64,000 nt of DNA from Candidatus Roizmanbacteria bacterium. GTDB lineage: Bacteria > Patescibacteriota > Microgenomatia > UBA1406 > GWC2-37-13. Where the stretch lies: NCBI GenBank assembly GCA_013335175.1, contig JAAXWC010000004.1, forward strand, positions 40,999 to 104,998, given 5' to 3'. Position numbers and translations under genes: made by a program. Positions 8,615-18,484 of the stretch are shown piece after piece; position 1 is the first letter of the stretch; every line of letters begins with the position of its first letter. Below the pieces are notes generated by a model. The model did no database searches and was not told the DNA's origin. It saw nothing but the letters and a program-made list of their open reading frames with translations.

Positions 8615-10338
8615 AGCGCACCCTGTTCCAATTTAAAATGCCGCATCTGAGAGAGCATTTCCTCTTTCGTAAATCCTTTCATATACAGTATTTTTTTAAT
8701 AATGGAAACAGATGCTTCGAGCTCAGGCTGCACCACAATATGGGCACCTAAATCGCGTAACTGCTGTTGATGATCTTGCGTATGTACCCTACTAATGAGA
8801 ACAATACGGGGATTGAGCTGTTTTGCATTGAGTATGACAGACTCCTGAGAAATCCTCTCAGGAACGGCAGAAATAAGGGCTATTGCATGCTCTACACGCG
8901 CAAATGACAACACATCCATGTCGGTAGGATCGCCGTATAAAATTGTGATGCCCTGTCGTTTTGCTCGTTCTACCGTATGGAAGTTATAATCAATTGCAAT
9001 AAAGGGAACGTGAGCAAGTGTTAAAGCTCTTCCAATGAATGCCCCCACTCTTCCATACCCGCAAATAATAACATGCCCCGTCATCCCCTCCTCCTCGAAC
9101 GTAGTTTTTTCAAAATCCATTGAGTTTTTTATAAATAATTCAATAGACGGAACATATTTTTTCAAAACAGAACGCATGAAAAAATACATTACTTCCTTAT
9201 GGGAAATGAGAACCGGAGTTAAAATGAGACTCAATAAAACAGAAGAAATTACCATAGAGTATTGTTCTGAGGTAAATAGCTTGTTAGAGAAAGCTAAAGA
9301 TAATAAAATAAAGGCATTTTCACTCATCTGAAATAGAAAAATAGCGAGAGAAAAAGCAACCCGTGAACTAAACCGCATATACAGAAATATAATCAACAGA
9401 ACCAGAGCTTTTGTAAGCAAAATACAAAACGTAAAAAGGAGAATCTGGGGCAATAAATAGATTATACCGGCAACTTTAATCTGAGTTCCGATGTACGCGA
9501 AAAAAATTATTCCCAGCAAATCTCGAAGCGGACGCATTTGAGAAAAAATATGATAATGCTCGAGCGTCTGGGAAACCAAAATTCCTGCGATAAACATTCC
9601 CACCAAAATAGGAATTTTAAACTGCAAAGAAATAAATCCAATAAAAAAAATAAAGAGGATAATAAACAGATTGAGAAGCTCTCGTGAAACTCTCGCTACT
9701 TTGTTAAAAACATACGGGACTGTCTTACGCCCCAATAGATAAATAATACAGAGAATAATCGACGACTCACCGATACCAAGAATAATGTCTTTCGCAACAT
9801 CCCACGGATTTGAGTTGTTTCCATGGAGCGTACTGAAAATAATGATAAAAGGAATAAACGCTAAATCCTGGAACATAAGAATTCCAATAGCAAGCTCTCC
9901 CATAAAGGAAGATTCCTCTCCCCGCTCCTGAATAATCTTCGCCACTAAAGTAGTAGAAGAGGCAGAAAGAGCTACCCCAATAAGAAGAGCCTGTAGAAAC
10001 GAAAATCCGAACAAAATGCTTAATAAACTAATAAAAAATATCGAAAGCGCAATCTGAAGAAGTCCTCCAACGAGGATAAACTTTTTGAGAACGAACATTC
10101 GCTCTAAATTTGTTTCAAGTCCAATCGTAAACAGTAAAAGGATGATACCAAAGTAGGCAAAGTTTGTGATAATATCGGGAGCGATAAATCCCTCAAATAA
10201 GTTGCCAAAAAGAAGCCCTCCCACCATGTATCCAATAATGGGCGGAAATTTCAATCGTTTAAAAAAGTAACCTCCGAGAAATGGAATTAATAGATAGAGG
10301 AAAAAGCTAAAGAACAAAGAGGGTGGTAAATCCTTCAT
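8611..10338 (-). CDS. cation:proton antiporter (CPA2/Kef-type) with C-terminal TrkA-N (RCK) domain
   Basis: 575 aa. About 12 TM segments followed by a Rossmann motif VIICGYGRVGAFIGRAL. Confidence 0.8.
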   Translation of the reverse strand: MKDLPPSLFFSFFLYLLIPFLGGYFFKRLKFPPIIGYMVGGLLFGNLFEGFIAPDIITNFAYFGIILLLFTIGLETNLERMFVLKKFILVGGLLQIALSIFFISLLSILFGFSFLQALLIGVALSASSTTLVAKIIQERGEESSFMGELAIGILMFQDLAFIPFIIIFSTLHGNNSNPWDVAKDIILGIGESSIILCIIYLLGRKTVPYVFNKVARVSRELLNLFIILFIFFIGFISLQFKIPILVGMFIAGILVSQTLEHYHIFSQMRPLRDLLGIIFFAYIGTQIKVAGIIYLLPQILLFTFCILLTKALVLLIIFLYMRFSSRVAFSLAIFLFQMSENAFILLSLAFSNKLFTSEQYSMVISSVLLSLILTPVLISHKEVMYFFMRSVLKKYVPSIELFIKNSMDFEKTTFEEEGMTGHVIICGYGRVGAFIGRALTLAHVPFIAIDYNFHTVERAKRQGITILYGDPTDMDVLSFARVEHAIALISAVPERISQESVILNAKQLNPRIVLISRVHTQDHQQQLRDLGAHIVVQPELEASVSIIKKILYMKGFTKEEMLSQMRHFKLEQGAL

Positions 10339-10370
10339 ATGCTATACACTATAACACAATTCTACCCTCC

Positions 10371-10733
10371 TCATGTATGCAGCTTATTTTCGCAATCTAC
10401 ACAGTAGCGAGACTCGGGAATAAGAGCCAAGCGAGCAGCCGGAATTTGCTTATTACATTTTTCACAATACCCATATCGACCTTTTGTAATCTTAAGCATC
10501 GCCATATCGATATCCTGAATACGTTTTTGCAAATCTTTAATTTGAGCTTCAATAGTTTGATGCGAAAGTTGTTCACGTACATCGGTATCTACCGCTGCGT
10601 TATCGTAGGCATAATCCGGATTAAGAAACGGATCCCCTTTTTGTAATTCAGCTATTTGTTTCAGAAGGTCCTTCTTCTCGTCCTGTAATTTTTTTTCCTG
10701 TTGTTTTGCCAGATCGGAAACTGCGAGTACCAT
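10371..10733 (-). CDS. DksA/TraR family C4-type zinc-finger protein
   Basis: Coiled-coil N-terminus, then CEKCNKQIPAARLALIPESRYCVDC (CxxC-x17-CxxC). Confidence 0.8.
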   Translation of the reverse strand: MVLAVSDLAKQQEKKLQDEKKDLLKQIAELQKGDPFLNPDYAYDNAAVDTDVREQLSHQTIEAQIKDLQKRIQDIDMAMLKITKGRYGYCEKCNKQIPAARLALIPESRYCVDCENKLHT

Positions 10734-11544
10734 ACCTAAAAAGTAAATTTATAATACCAATTGTCTTACTTTGCAGCAGACTCCTAAAATAATAGATCAA
10801 GTATATGCTAAAAGTCAAGAGTAGGATAAGAGAAACGACATAATTGAGACTCATACCATAGAGAAACGACATTTTTGCCTTGAGCGGATCAAAAACAAAG
10901 TAGACCACACTAAAATACCAGATAAAAAACACCAGTTGGAATCCTTTTTGGTATTTATCCCTTCGAATTTCAAATAAAAGTTGATAGGATAGAAACGCAC
11001 CGAGAAAAAAGAAAAGACTTTCATAAAATGAAGTAAGATGACGAAGACCATCCATGTTTGTATAGTGAATGGCAAGAAAAAAATGCGTTTTCGCACCAAT
11101 TTCTACTCCTGACAAAAAACTACCCAACTTCCCAATGGCCGTTGCTAAAAAGAATGCGGGAATAAAGTAATCGATTACATCAGGAAATTTTATTTTTTTA
11201 ATACCGAAAAAAAGGAAAAGGGTTAATAAAGCTCCTCCCAATGCTCCATAAAGTGATAGCCCCGGATAGCCGTTAATCAGAATAAACTTCAGTACATCTA
11301 CTCCAAATTTATCAAAATGAGAAAGGACATACACAATTCGCCCTCCAAATAAGGCACCGCCAAGCATAAAAAAAAGTCCATCAAAAATATCTTCTTCTTT
11401 GTATGTTGTTAATCGAACGGTACGCCATAAAATAAAACTGGACCAAAAAAAAGCAAGGACCAAAAATACCCCAAAAGTGTAAATTTTGATAAACTTTAAA
11501 TCCAAAAGTACGGGAAGCATAATGAAGAGTATACCAAAAATCAA
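10648..11544 (-). CDS. lgt: prolipoprotein diacylglyceryl transferase
   Basis: Polytopic membrane protein with Lgt-like GGRIVYV and RHLTSFYES motifs. 3' end overlaps the DksA-like start by 86 nt. Confidence 0.6.
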   Translation of the reverse strand: MIFGILFIMLPVLLDLKFIKIYTFGVFLVLAFFWSSFILWRTVRLTTYKEEDIFDGLFFMLGGALFGGRIVYVLSHFDKFGVDVLKFILINGYPGLSLYGALGGALLTLFLFFGIKKIKFPDVIDYFIPAFFLATAIGKLGSFLSGVEIGAKTHFFLAIHYTNMDGLRHLTSFYESLFFFLGAFLSYQLLFEIRRDKYQKGFQLVFFIWYFSVVYFVFDPLKAKMSFLYGMSLNYVVSLILLLTFSIYLIYYFRSLLQSKTIGIINLLFRYGTRSFRSGKTTGKKITGREEGPSETNS

Positions 11545-11610
11545 AGAGACAATGATACAATCAAATCACTAACATTGCTGAATCGAATCATTAGAAAAAG
11601 GAGAAGCATC

Positions 11611-11647
11611 GTCATCCCCGCGAACGCGGGGATCCAGAGGATCGATT
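11611..11647. repeat. single palindromic hairpin unit in a divergent promoter region
   Basis: GTCATCCCCGCgaacGCGGGGATCCAGAGGATCGATT. The same unit plus tail occurs at 44866..44905. Confidence 0.85.
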
Positions 11648-11666
11648 ACATCTCAAAAATCATTTA

Positions 11667-13286
11667 ATGAAAAACTACAAAAAATTTCTCCCTTCCATTT
11701 TATTGATAGTTACTGTGCTTCTCGGCTACCTGCTTCGTACGCTGGGGATAAACTGGGATCAGGGGCAGCACCTTCATCCAGATGAACGAATGCTTATTAT
11801 GGTTGCCGACAGAATTCAATTTTTTTCCCAGCTCAATCCGCATTTTTTTAACTACGGTTCATTACCAATTTATTTGTTAAAAGGTATCTCTCAGTTTTTG
11901 GATACAACGTTCTCTACCCACCTTGCCAATTATGATGGGATGCTCTACGTGGGGAGAGTTCTATCAGCACTTGCAGACAGTCTCACGATTAGTGTAATTT
12001 TTGGCATTGCAGTACAGCTTACACGCAATAAACGAATGGGGATATTGGCTGCGTTTACCTATGCAGTTGCATTCTTCCCTATTCAAAATAGTCATTTTTT
12101 TATTGTAGATACGTTTCTTACCTTATGGACTTCTCTATTACTCTATTTCACAATACGATTTGTAAAAAATCATTCTTTTCAGTGGATTGTGTTGATGAGT
12201 TTTTGTTTTGCAGCAGCACTCGCCACAAAAGTAACTGCTAGTATATTCCTTCCCGTTATTCTCTGCGTTTTATGTATAATGCAAAAACCTTTTTTTCCTT
12301 TCAACAAAAACGGTATTCTCCTGTGGATCTACACAACCGCTTTATTTATCTCCACAACACTCCTTTTTCATCTCTTCTTTATGCCCTACGCATATATTGA
12401 AACACAAACCTTTTTGAAAGATATATCAGAACAATTAAAAATGAATAGTGATCCCTATATCTTTCCCTATACTCGTCAGTACGTGGGGACACTCCCCTAT
12501 TGGTATTATGTAAAAAATATTGCACTTTGGGGTTGGGGGCCGTTTTTATTTTTGCTCAGTAGTATCGGATTATTCCTCGCCGTTCGTATTTTCCGCTCGA
12601 AACGAAACAATGTATCGCTCTTTTGTATTGCCAGTATTTTTTATCTGCTCTACTTTTTGGTCATTGGTAGGTCTGCGGTAAAATTTATGCGATATATGCT
12701 CATCTTGTACCCTGCAATGGCACTATTGGCTGGCTATGCACTTGTACATATAAACAAAAAAATAGCGTCTCTTGTGCTCCTGGGCGCGTGTATTTGGACG
12801 GTTTCTTTTATGGCTATTTACTCAAAACCAAACACCAGGGTAGAAGCAACTAACTGGATCCTTGAACATATTCCGGCAGGTTCTCACCTCGCGGTTGAAC
12901 ATTGGGATGATCGACTTCCTATACGAAATGGAGAGCACTATACTACGACCGATCTTCCGTTGTACGATCTTCCTGACGATGAACGAAAGTTTGAAAATAT
13001 TAACCGTATTTTGAATAATTCAGATTACATTATTATCGCTTCAAACCGGCTTATTACTCCCCTCCCGAAACTGAAAGATTGCTCTCTCTATACCTATTGT
13101 TATCCAAGAACAGCCCGCTATTATGAAGATCTCATTTCCGGAAAACTCGGATTTCACCTGGTTGCCGAATTTCACCAAACTCCTCGAATTCCTATACTGA
13201 ATATCGCGATTGACGATCAAAGCGCAGATGAATCATTTACCGTATATGATCATCCGAAGGTGATGATCTTTCAGAAGACAAAATAA
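11667..13286 (+). CDS. GT-C fold membrane glycosyltransferase (GT39/ArnT/PMT-like)
   Basis: 539 aa, multi-TM. First extracytoplasmic loop carries HLHPDERM (acidic DE motif typical of GT-C enzymes). Confidence 0.55.
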   Translation: MKNYKKFLPSILLIVTVLLGYLLRTLGINWDQGQHLHPDERMLIMVADRIQFFSQLNPHFFNYGSLPIYLLKGISQFLDTTFSTHLANYDGMLYVGRVLSALADSLTISVIFGIAVQLTRNKRMGILAAFTYAVAFFPIQNSHFFIVDTFLTLWTSLLLYFTIRFVKNHSFQWIVLMSFCFAAALATKVTASIFLPVILCVLCIMQKPFFPFNKNGILLWIYTTALFISTTLLFHLFFMPYAYIETQTFLKDISEQLKMNSDPYIFPYTRQYVGTLPYWYYVKNIALWGWGPFLFLLSSIGLFLAVRIFRSKRNNVSLFCIASIFYLLYFLVIGRSAVKFMRYMLILYPAMALLAGYALVHINKKIASLVLLGACIWTVSFMAIYSKPNTRVEATNWILEHIPAGSHLAVEHWDDRLPIRNGEHYTTTDLPLYDLPDDERKFENINRILNNSDYIIIASNRLITPLPKLKDCSLYTYCYPRTARYYEDLISGKLGFHLVAEFHQTPRIPILNIAIDDQSADESFTVYDHPKVMIFQKTK

Positions 13287-13289
13287 TCG

Positions 13290-14336
13290 TTACATAAACC
13301 GTTTGAAGAAGCCTAAGATCCCCTGTTTCCAACCGACAGTGTGAGTTACTCCTGCAGGACGCGACTTAACATCAACATAATTTTCTAGATACCATTGATA
13401 CGATTTTATAAGTGCCTGTCCGTTTGAGTTTTTTGGTTTCCACTTGAGTGTCTTTTTTATTTTATCAATGGAGACAAATGAATCCTTATCTGCCGTATCA
13501 TACACCCACTGGTATAACGGAGAAAGATGAAGTTTTTCAAAGATAAAAAGAGCTTTTTTTATCGGCCACGCCGGGGTAGATAAAAGTGTTGAGCCCGAAT
13601 TGGCGTAGTCAAATAGCTGCTGAAGATCTTGTCGCACCGTGGTAAACTTTTCCGCACCAATGTTGAATGTATCATTTATTTTCTCTTTTGGTCGAACAAG
13701 AAGACAAAGGTACAACGCGTGAACCAAATCGTCTACTTCCAACAGTTGATATCGATTATTGCCCGAACCAACTACTGGTATTTTCTTTCCATCCTTAATC
13801 CAGTCAAATAAAATCTCAAATACCCCCAGTCGGTGGGTACCTACAAACGTTTTCGGTCGAATTACCGTAACGACTAATCCTTTTTTACGCGCTTGTTTAC
13901 AGGCCTTTTCTGCCTGAATTTTACTATGTCCATACGCCCCCACTCCTACCATCGGATCGGTTTCGTAAACAGGATGTTTCTTGGGCACACCGTATACGGC
14001 AGTTGAGGAAATATAGATAAAGCGTTTTATCTTATTGGCAATTGCAGCATCGAGCATCACTTTCGTCCCACGGACATTTGTGTCCATAATTTCTTCCGCT
14101 TTCCAAAGAGGAAGTGCTGCGGCTGCATGTATTACGGCATCGTGGTCTGCCAGTAATTCGTTTACCAGTTTTTTATCTCTGACATCCCCGGTAACAAAAG
14201 TACAACCTTTTGGATATTCTTTTTTGTTAAACGGTGCGATATCCAGTAAGGTAAGAGAGTCTTTTTTGAGAGAAGCGATATATTTGGCTATATGAAGCCC
14301 TAAAAATCCAGCTCCCCCCGTAACAAGTATTTTCAT
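13290..14336 (-). CDS. NAD-dependent epimerase/dehydratase (SDR family)
   Basis: N-terminal GGAGFLG Rossmann motif and catalytic YGHSK (YxxxK). Confidence 0.85.
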   Translation of the reverse strand: MKILVTGGAGFLGLHIAKYIASLKKDSLTLLDIAPFNKKEYPKGCTFVTGDVRDKKLVNELLADHDAVIHAAAALPLWKAEEIMDTNVRGTKVMLDAAIANKIKRFIYISSTAVYGVPKKHPVYETDPMVGVGAYGHSKIQAEKACKQARKKGLVVTVIRPKTFVGTHRLGVFEILFDWIKDGKKIPVVGSGNNRYQLLEVDDLVHALYLCLLVRPKEKINDTFNIGAEKFTTVRQDLQQLFDYANSGSTLLSTPAWPIKKALFIFEKLHLSPLYQWVYDTADKDSFVSIDKIKKTLKWKPKNSNGQALIKSYQWYLENYVDVKSRPAGVTHTVGWKQGILGFFKRFM

Positions 14337-14395
14337 GAATTCATTATAACCAAACTAGAATCAATTGCAAGCAATAAGTTTTTTGAGCGCAGTTG

Positions 14396-15361
14396 TTACC
14401 AGCTTCCACTGGATCCACCGCCTCCGGATGATCCTCCCCCGCGGGAAGAACCCCCTCCTCCTGAAGAACCACTACGTGAGGTAAGTAAGAGTAAAATGTG
14501 AATAATAAACCAGGTAATTTCCCACGAGGCGGTTAAGACATAGAGCCACATACCCTTTTTCCGGATGCGTTCTGCTAACTTTGTTTTTCGGGACATAATA
14601 AAATCGAATAATAAACCAACTGCCCCTAGTCCGAGTACCACTAACAGACTTTGTTGCAGTTGAAAACCGACACTTATCAGTACTCCAAGCACAACCCCTA
14701 TCACTCCTCCTGCCCAAAAGCTTTTACTCACAGCAAAAAAAGCGCTGATAAAAACAATAATCAACACGCTTATATAAAATAGCACTATTAGAAGGAACAG
14801 AAAACCGGTAGTCAGGGAGGTTGTATGTGACGTTGTATTTACCGAGGAGATGGCAGAACTGCTAGCAGATGCCACACTGTCCGGCGTCAGAACAGATTGA
14901 ATACGATGAAGCGCAGTGAGTGTCCCCTGTTCATATGCCCCTTTCTGAAACGCTGGTGCTAACGATTCCCGAATAATGATTCCAGCACGCGCATCAGTCA
15001 AGAGCGGTTCCAGCCCGTAACCAACTTCCATACGCATTTTACGTTCGGCGAGTGCAATAAGAATCAGTATCCCGTTATCTTTCCCCTTTTTTCCTATTTT
15101 CCATTTTTCAAACAATCGTACCGCATAATCCTCTAAATTTTCCTCATTTAAACTCTTTACGGTAACTACTACGATCTCATTTGTAGTCTTAATTTCATAA
15201 GCACTCAGATTGGTTTCTAAACTCTGTTTAAACTGAGGAGAATAAATGCCGGCAAAATCATTTACCAACCCTGTTTGGGTAGGAAAATTTTGAGCAGCTA
15301 AACTGAGAGGAGCCCATATTAATAAAATAGCTACCGTAAAAAACGAGACGAAATAGTTCAC
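14396..15361 (-). CDS. TPM-domain (YgcG-like) membrane protein with Gly/Ser-rich tail
   Basis: Signal peptide. TPM-like core (VNDFAGIYSP...EIVVVTVKSL...DNGILILIALAERKMRMEVGYGLE). TM segments. C-terminal GGGGSS repeats. Confidence 0.75.
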   Translation of the reverse strand: MNYFVSFFTVAILLIWAPLSLAAQNFPTQTGLVNDFAGIYSPQFKQSLETNLSAYEIKTTNEIVVVTVKSLNEENLEDYAVRLFEKWKIGKKGKDNGILILIALAERKMRMEVGYGLEPLLTDARAGIIIRESLAPAFQKGAYEQGTLTALHRIQSVLTPDSVASASSSAISSVNTTSHTTSLTTGFLFLLIVLFYISVLIIVFISAFFAVSKSFWAGGVIGVVLGVLISVGFQLQQSLLVVLGLGAVGLLFDFIMSRKTKLAERIRKKGMWLYVLTASWEITWFIIHILLLLTSRSGSSGGGGSSRGGGSSGGGGSSGSW

Positions 15362-15364
15362 TGA

Positions 15365-15928
15365 TTATTTGGAGTTAATGTTAACTTCCGGTGCCTTTGC
15401 GGCTTGTTCTGTTGCTTGAAAATAGGCTTTTTCACGGTACCCAAAAAGCGAAGCAAACAGAGCGGACGGAAGTGTTTTGGTAGAAAGATTATAGTCTTTA
15501 ACTGTGTCATTATATCTCCTACGTTCTACCGAGATCCGATTTTCTGTACCCGAAAGTTCATCCATTAACTGTTGCACGGTACTATTGGATTGTAACTGAG
15601 GATAGCTTTCTACGATGACCAATAACCGACTCAATGCTGATTCAAGCTGTGAAGCTGCTTTTGCTTTATCATCTACTGACTTTGCTCCGGAATAGTTTGC
15701 CCGTGCATTAGCAATTTCTCCAAACACCGCTCGTTCCTGTGTTTGTGCACCTTCAACTGACTTTACTAAATTTGGTATCAAATCAAACCGACGCTGGTAC
15801 TGGGTTTCTACCTGAGCCCATTGGCTTTCTACGGCCTGCCCTTTCGAAATTAGATTGTTATAAGAGCCTACAAGCACGATGCCAAGAATAAGTATAACTC
15901 CTCCCGATATAAGTAATAGTTTGTTCAT
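15365..15928 (-). CDS. lemA: LemA family protein
   Basis: N-terminal TM helix plus the LemA signature YNNLISKGQAVESQWAQVETQYQRRFDLIPNLV. Adjacent to a TPM gene, the usual LemA-TPM pairing. Confidence 0.85.
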   Translation of the reverse strand: MNKLLLISGGVILILGIVLVGSYNNLISKGQAVESQWAQVETQYQRRFDLIPNLVKSVEGAQTQERAVFGEIANARANYSGAKSVDDKAKAASQLESALSRLLVIVESYPQLQSNSTVQQLMDELSGTENRISVERRRYNDTVKDYNLSTKTLPSALFASLFGYREKAYFQATEQAAKAPEVNINSK

Positions 15929-16011
15929 ATGAATATATAGTAATATGCTCCTTGTAAAAATACAAGAGATCTCTGGACTGCCAGTTTTGACTATTATATA
16001 GTTAAATAGGT

Positions 16012-17823
16012 ATGACTCATAAAATGCTATTCATCAACATTATCCTTGTTTTTTTCATAACTATCATTTTAGATCTACTGCATAAATACTTTTTTCAAAA
16101 TCAATTAAATTTCATCTTTTTTACCGTTTGGTTTACTATTATCATCGCTATTATTACGACAACAATCTCCTATACCCCATTTCCTATTATTTCAAAACTT
16201 ATACAAGGTATGAAAAAGGAATGGAAGACACTTCTTGGCATTTTGATTTTAGCCAGTGTTACTCGTTTTTTCCTTTTAGGTGTGTATCCTTTTGTAACAA
16301 CCGGAGATGAACTAAGAGACGCAGGATTAAATGGTCTGTATTTACAACTGGGAGTTACAAAAGATGTATTCGGATTCGGTTCGTATGACGGATATGGTAA
16401 TTTCATACCTCTTATTGCACAGCTTATGAGCTTGATTACAGGCAGTACCTCGCTTTCATACCTTATTCCCTCCGCTCTAGTGGGAATTGCCTCTATCTGC
16501 GTTACCTATGTACTGGGACGATTACTGGGAGGCAAAACAGTCGGAATGATCGCCACACTTTTATTGATTGCATCTCTATCTCATCTTCATTACAGTCGGA
16601 CTGAACTTCTGGTTATCATGGATAGTCTCCTCTCTGTAGGACTACTTCTTACCGCCTGGTTTGCAGTACGGAACAAAATTGGATTTTTCCTTTTAGGGAT
16701 ACTGGCAGGATTTTGTTTCCATTTTTATGCCGGTATACGAGGTATGCTTTTTGCAATAGTCATTTATTTCCTCTGTCTCTTTCTTTACCAGTTTTCCACT
16801 CTCACTTTTCAAAAAAAGCTATCGTTACTTCACGTAAAAAAAATATTTCTTATTTGTGTCTTGATCTTTACAGGAATAATCATTGGACTTGGCCCCACTA
16901 TCAATTCACTTTCCAACAATATTTTGTTTAATCGAGTTGGCACCACTACCCCCCTCTTTCATAACTCACCGTTTCTTCAGAAATCGGTGTCCGAAAAAAT
17001 AGCACACGTATCAGAGCTCGCTCACAAGTCCTTTTTTGTGTACACATTTGAAAATACCAGCACTCATTTTCCGTATAAAGCGCCGCTTCTTGCGTTTCCC
17101 ATCAACTGGTTATTCTTGTTTGGAGTTAGCGCGCTCATTTTAAGAGAAAAATTTACAAGAAATAAACTTTCATTCTTAATTCTTATTGCTATCTTTAGCA
17201 TTCCATTTACTAATGAAGTATTGGTAAATCACGTAGGGGCAGATCATCGACTGATGTCTACGGTACCGATTATTACCGTAGTGGCTGCCTTTGGTCTTGA
17301 TGCACTTACCAAACGGATATCGAGCATATACCGCACACCCATTCTTGCGCTGTTTCTCATTATATTTATGGCTCTACAGTTTTATGCGTACTTCGTAAAC
17401 CGTTTAAGCGATCTCGACTATGAGAAAACTGGAACGAAAGAATATACATTACAAATGATGTTAAAAACAGCGAAAGAACAATCTCAATACGAAAAAACGT
17501 ACATCATCAATAACCATCCGCATAATTATGATTTTATGCATTATCAAGAAAAAATTGAATTTTTGTTGTATCCACAAAAGGGTCAGGTTATTTCTAAGGA
17601 AGAATTCCTTGAAAAACTAGCGAGCCGTTCTCTAGAAAAAGGTATGAACAGCTTAGTCTTATTTGAGCATCCTATATCCGATCTTATTCCCTATGCAAAG
17701 CTGCATACATTTTCATGTTATGAAAACTATCTTCTCCCCCACTATTTCTGTCCGATTGCGACAAAACAACCATACTCGTTCTACAGTATGAGTACTTCTG
17801 ATTATTACCGTGATTCAAAGTAA
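16012..17823 (+). CDS. GT-C fold membrane glycosyltransferase (GT39/ArnT-like)
   Basis: 603 aa, more than 10 TM helices. First loop has TTGDELRD (acidic DE motif). Confidence 0.55.
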   Translation: MTHKMLFINIILVFFITIILDLLHKYFFQNQLNFIFFTVWFTIIIAIITTTISYTPFPIISKLIQGMKKEWKTLLGILILASVTRFFLLGVYPFVTTGDELRDAGLNGLYLQLGVTKDVFGFGSYDGYGNFIPLIAQLMSLITGSTSLSYLIPSALVGIASICVTYVLGRLLGGKTVGMIATLLLIASLSHLHYSRTELLVIMDSLLSVGLLLTAWFAVRNKIGFFLLGILAGFCFHFYAGIRGMLFAIVIYFLCLFLYQFSTLTFQKKLSLLHVKKIFLICVLIFTGIIIGLGPTINSLSNNILFNRVGTTTPLFHNSPFLQKSVSEKIAHVSELAHKSFFVYTFENTSTHFPYKAPLLAFPINWLFLFGVSALILREKFTRNKLSFLILIAIFSIPFTNEVLVNHVGADHRLMSTVPIITVVAAFGLDALTKRISSIYRTPILALFLIIFMALQFYAYFVNRLSDLDYEKTGTKEYTLQMMLKTAKEQSQYEKTYIINNHPHNYDFMHYQEKIEFLLYPQKGQVISKEEFLEKLASRSLEKGMNSLVLFEHPISDLIPYAKLHTFSCYENYLLPHYFCPIATKQPYSFYSMSTSDYYRDSK

Positions 17824-17844
17824 TTTCTGTTACAATAAATCCTT

Positions 17845-18429
17845 ATGTCTCAAAAACCATTACGAGTAGGCTTTGATTTAGACGGAGTCATTTTATATAA
17901 CCCTGCACGCATTGTTCGACCAATCCTTTCTTTTATCAAACACGACGTTTTTCACAAGAAGTCTGTTTCCTTTTATGTCCCGAAAACAAAGACAGAGCAA
18001 TTAATGTGGACCCTCGCTCATAAAACAAGTATTTTCCCTGCCTATGGATTCCGAGATCTGAAAAAGCTGATTCGACAGCACGATATCGAAGCATATATTG
18101 TAACCGGCAGATTTAATTCGTTGAAAAACGATTTTAACCATTGGTTAAATCGTATGAATGCCGATTCGTTTTTTACCGATCATTTTCATAATGAAAAAAA
18201 CGAGCAACCCCATTTGTTTAAAAAAAGAATGATTGAGCAACTGAATCTTGATGTATTTGTTGAAGATAATTACGACATTGTTACCTACTTAAACAAAGAA
18301 CTGAAAAACACGAAAGTACTCTGGATTTATAATTTCCTTGATCGAACTCTCCCCTATCCGTATAAATTTCCCCATCTCAAACACGCGATAGACCACATAA
18401 AGAAGGATTTGAAAAAGGGAGAAAAATGA
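17845..18429 (+). CDS. HAD-superfamily hydrolase (nucleotidase-like)
   Basis: Motif I VGFDLDGVI (DxD), motif II IVTGR, motif IV VEDNYD. Confidence 0.6.
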   Translation: MSQKPLRVGFDLDGVILYNPARIVRPILSFIKHDVFHKKSVSFYVPKTKTEQLMWTLAHKTSIFPAYGFRDLKKLIRQHDIEAYIVTGRFNSLKNDFNHWLNRMNADSFFTDHFHNEKNEQPHLFKKRMIEQLNLDVFVEDNYDIVTYLNKELKNTKVLWIYNFLDRTLPYPYKFPHLKHAIDHIKKDLKKGEK

Positions 18430-18432
18430 TCT

Positions 18433-18481
18433 AATAACAACGATTCCGGACGCGCTAACGCTTGCCGGAATGACAATGACG
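18433..18481. repeat. palindromic hairpin unit between convergent genes
   Basis: AACAACGATTCCGGacgcgctaacgcttgCCGGAATGAC. Confidence 0.8.
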
Positions 18482-18484
18482 ATC

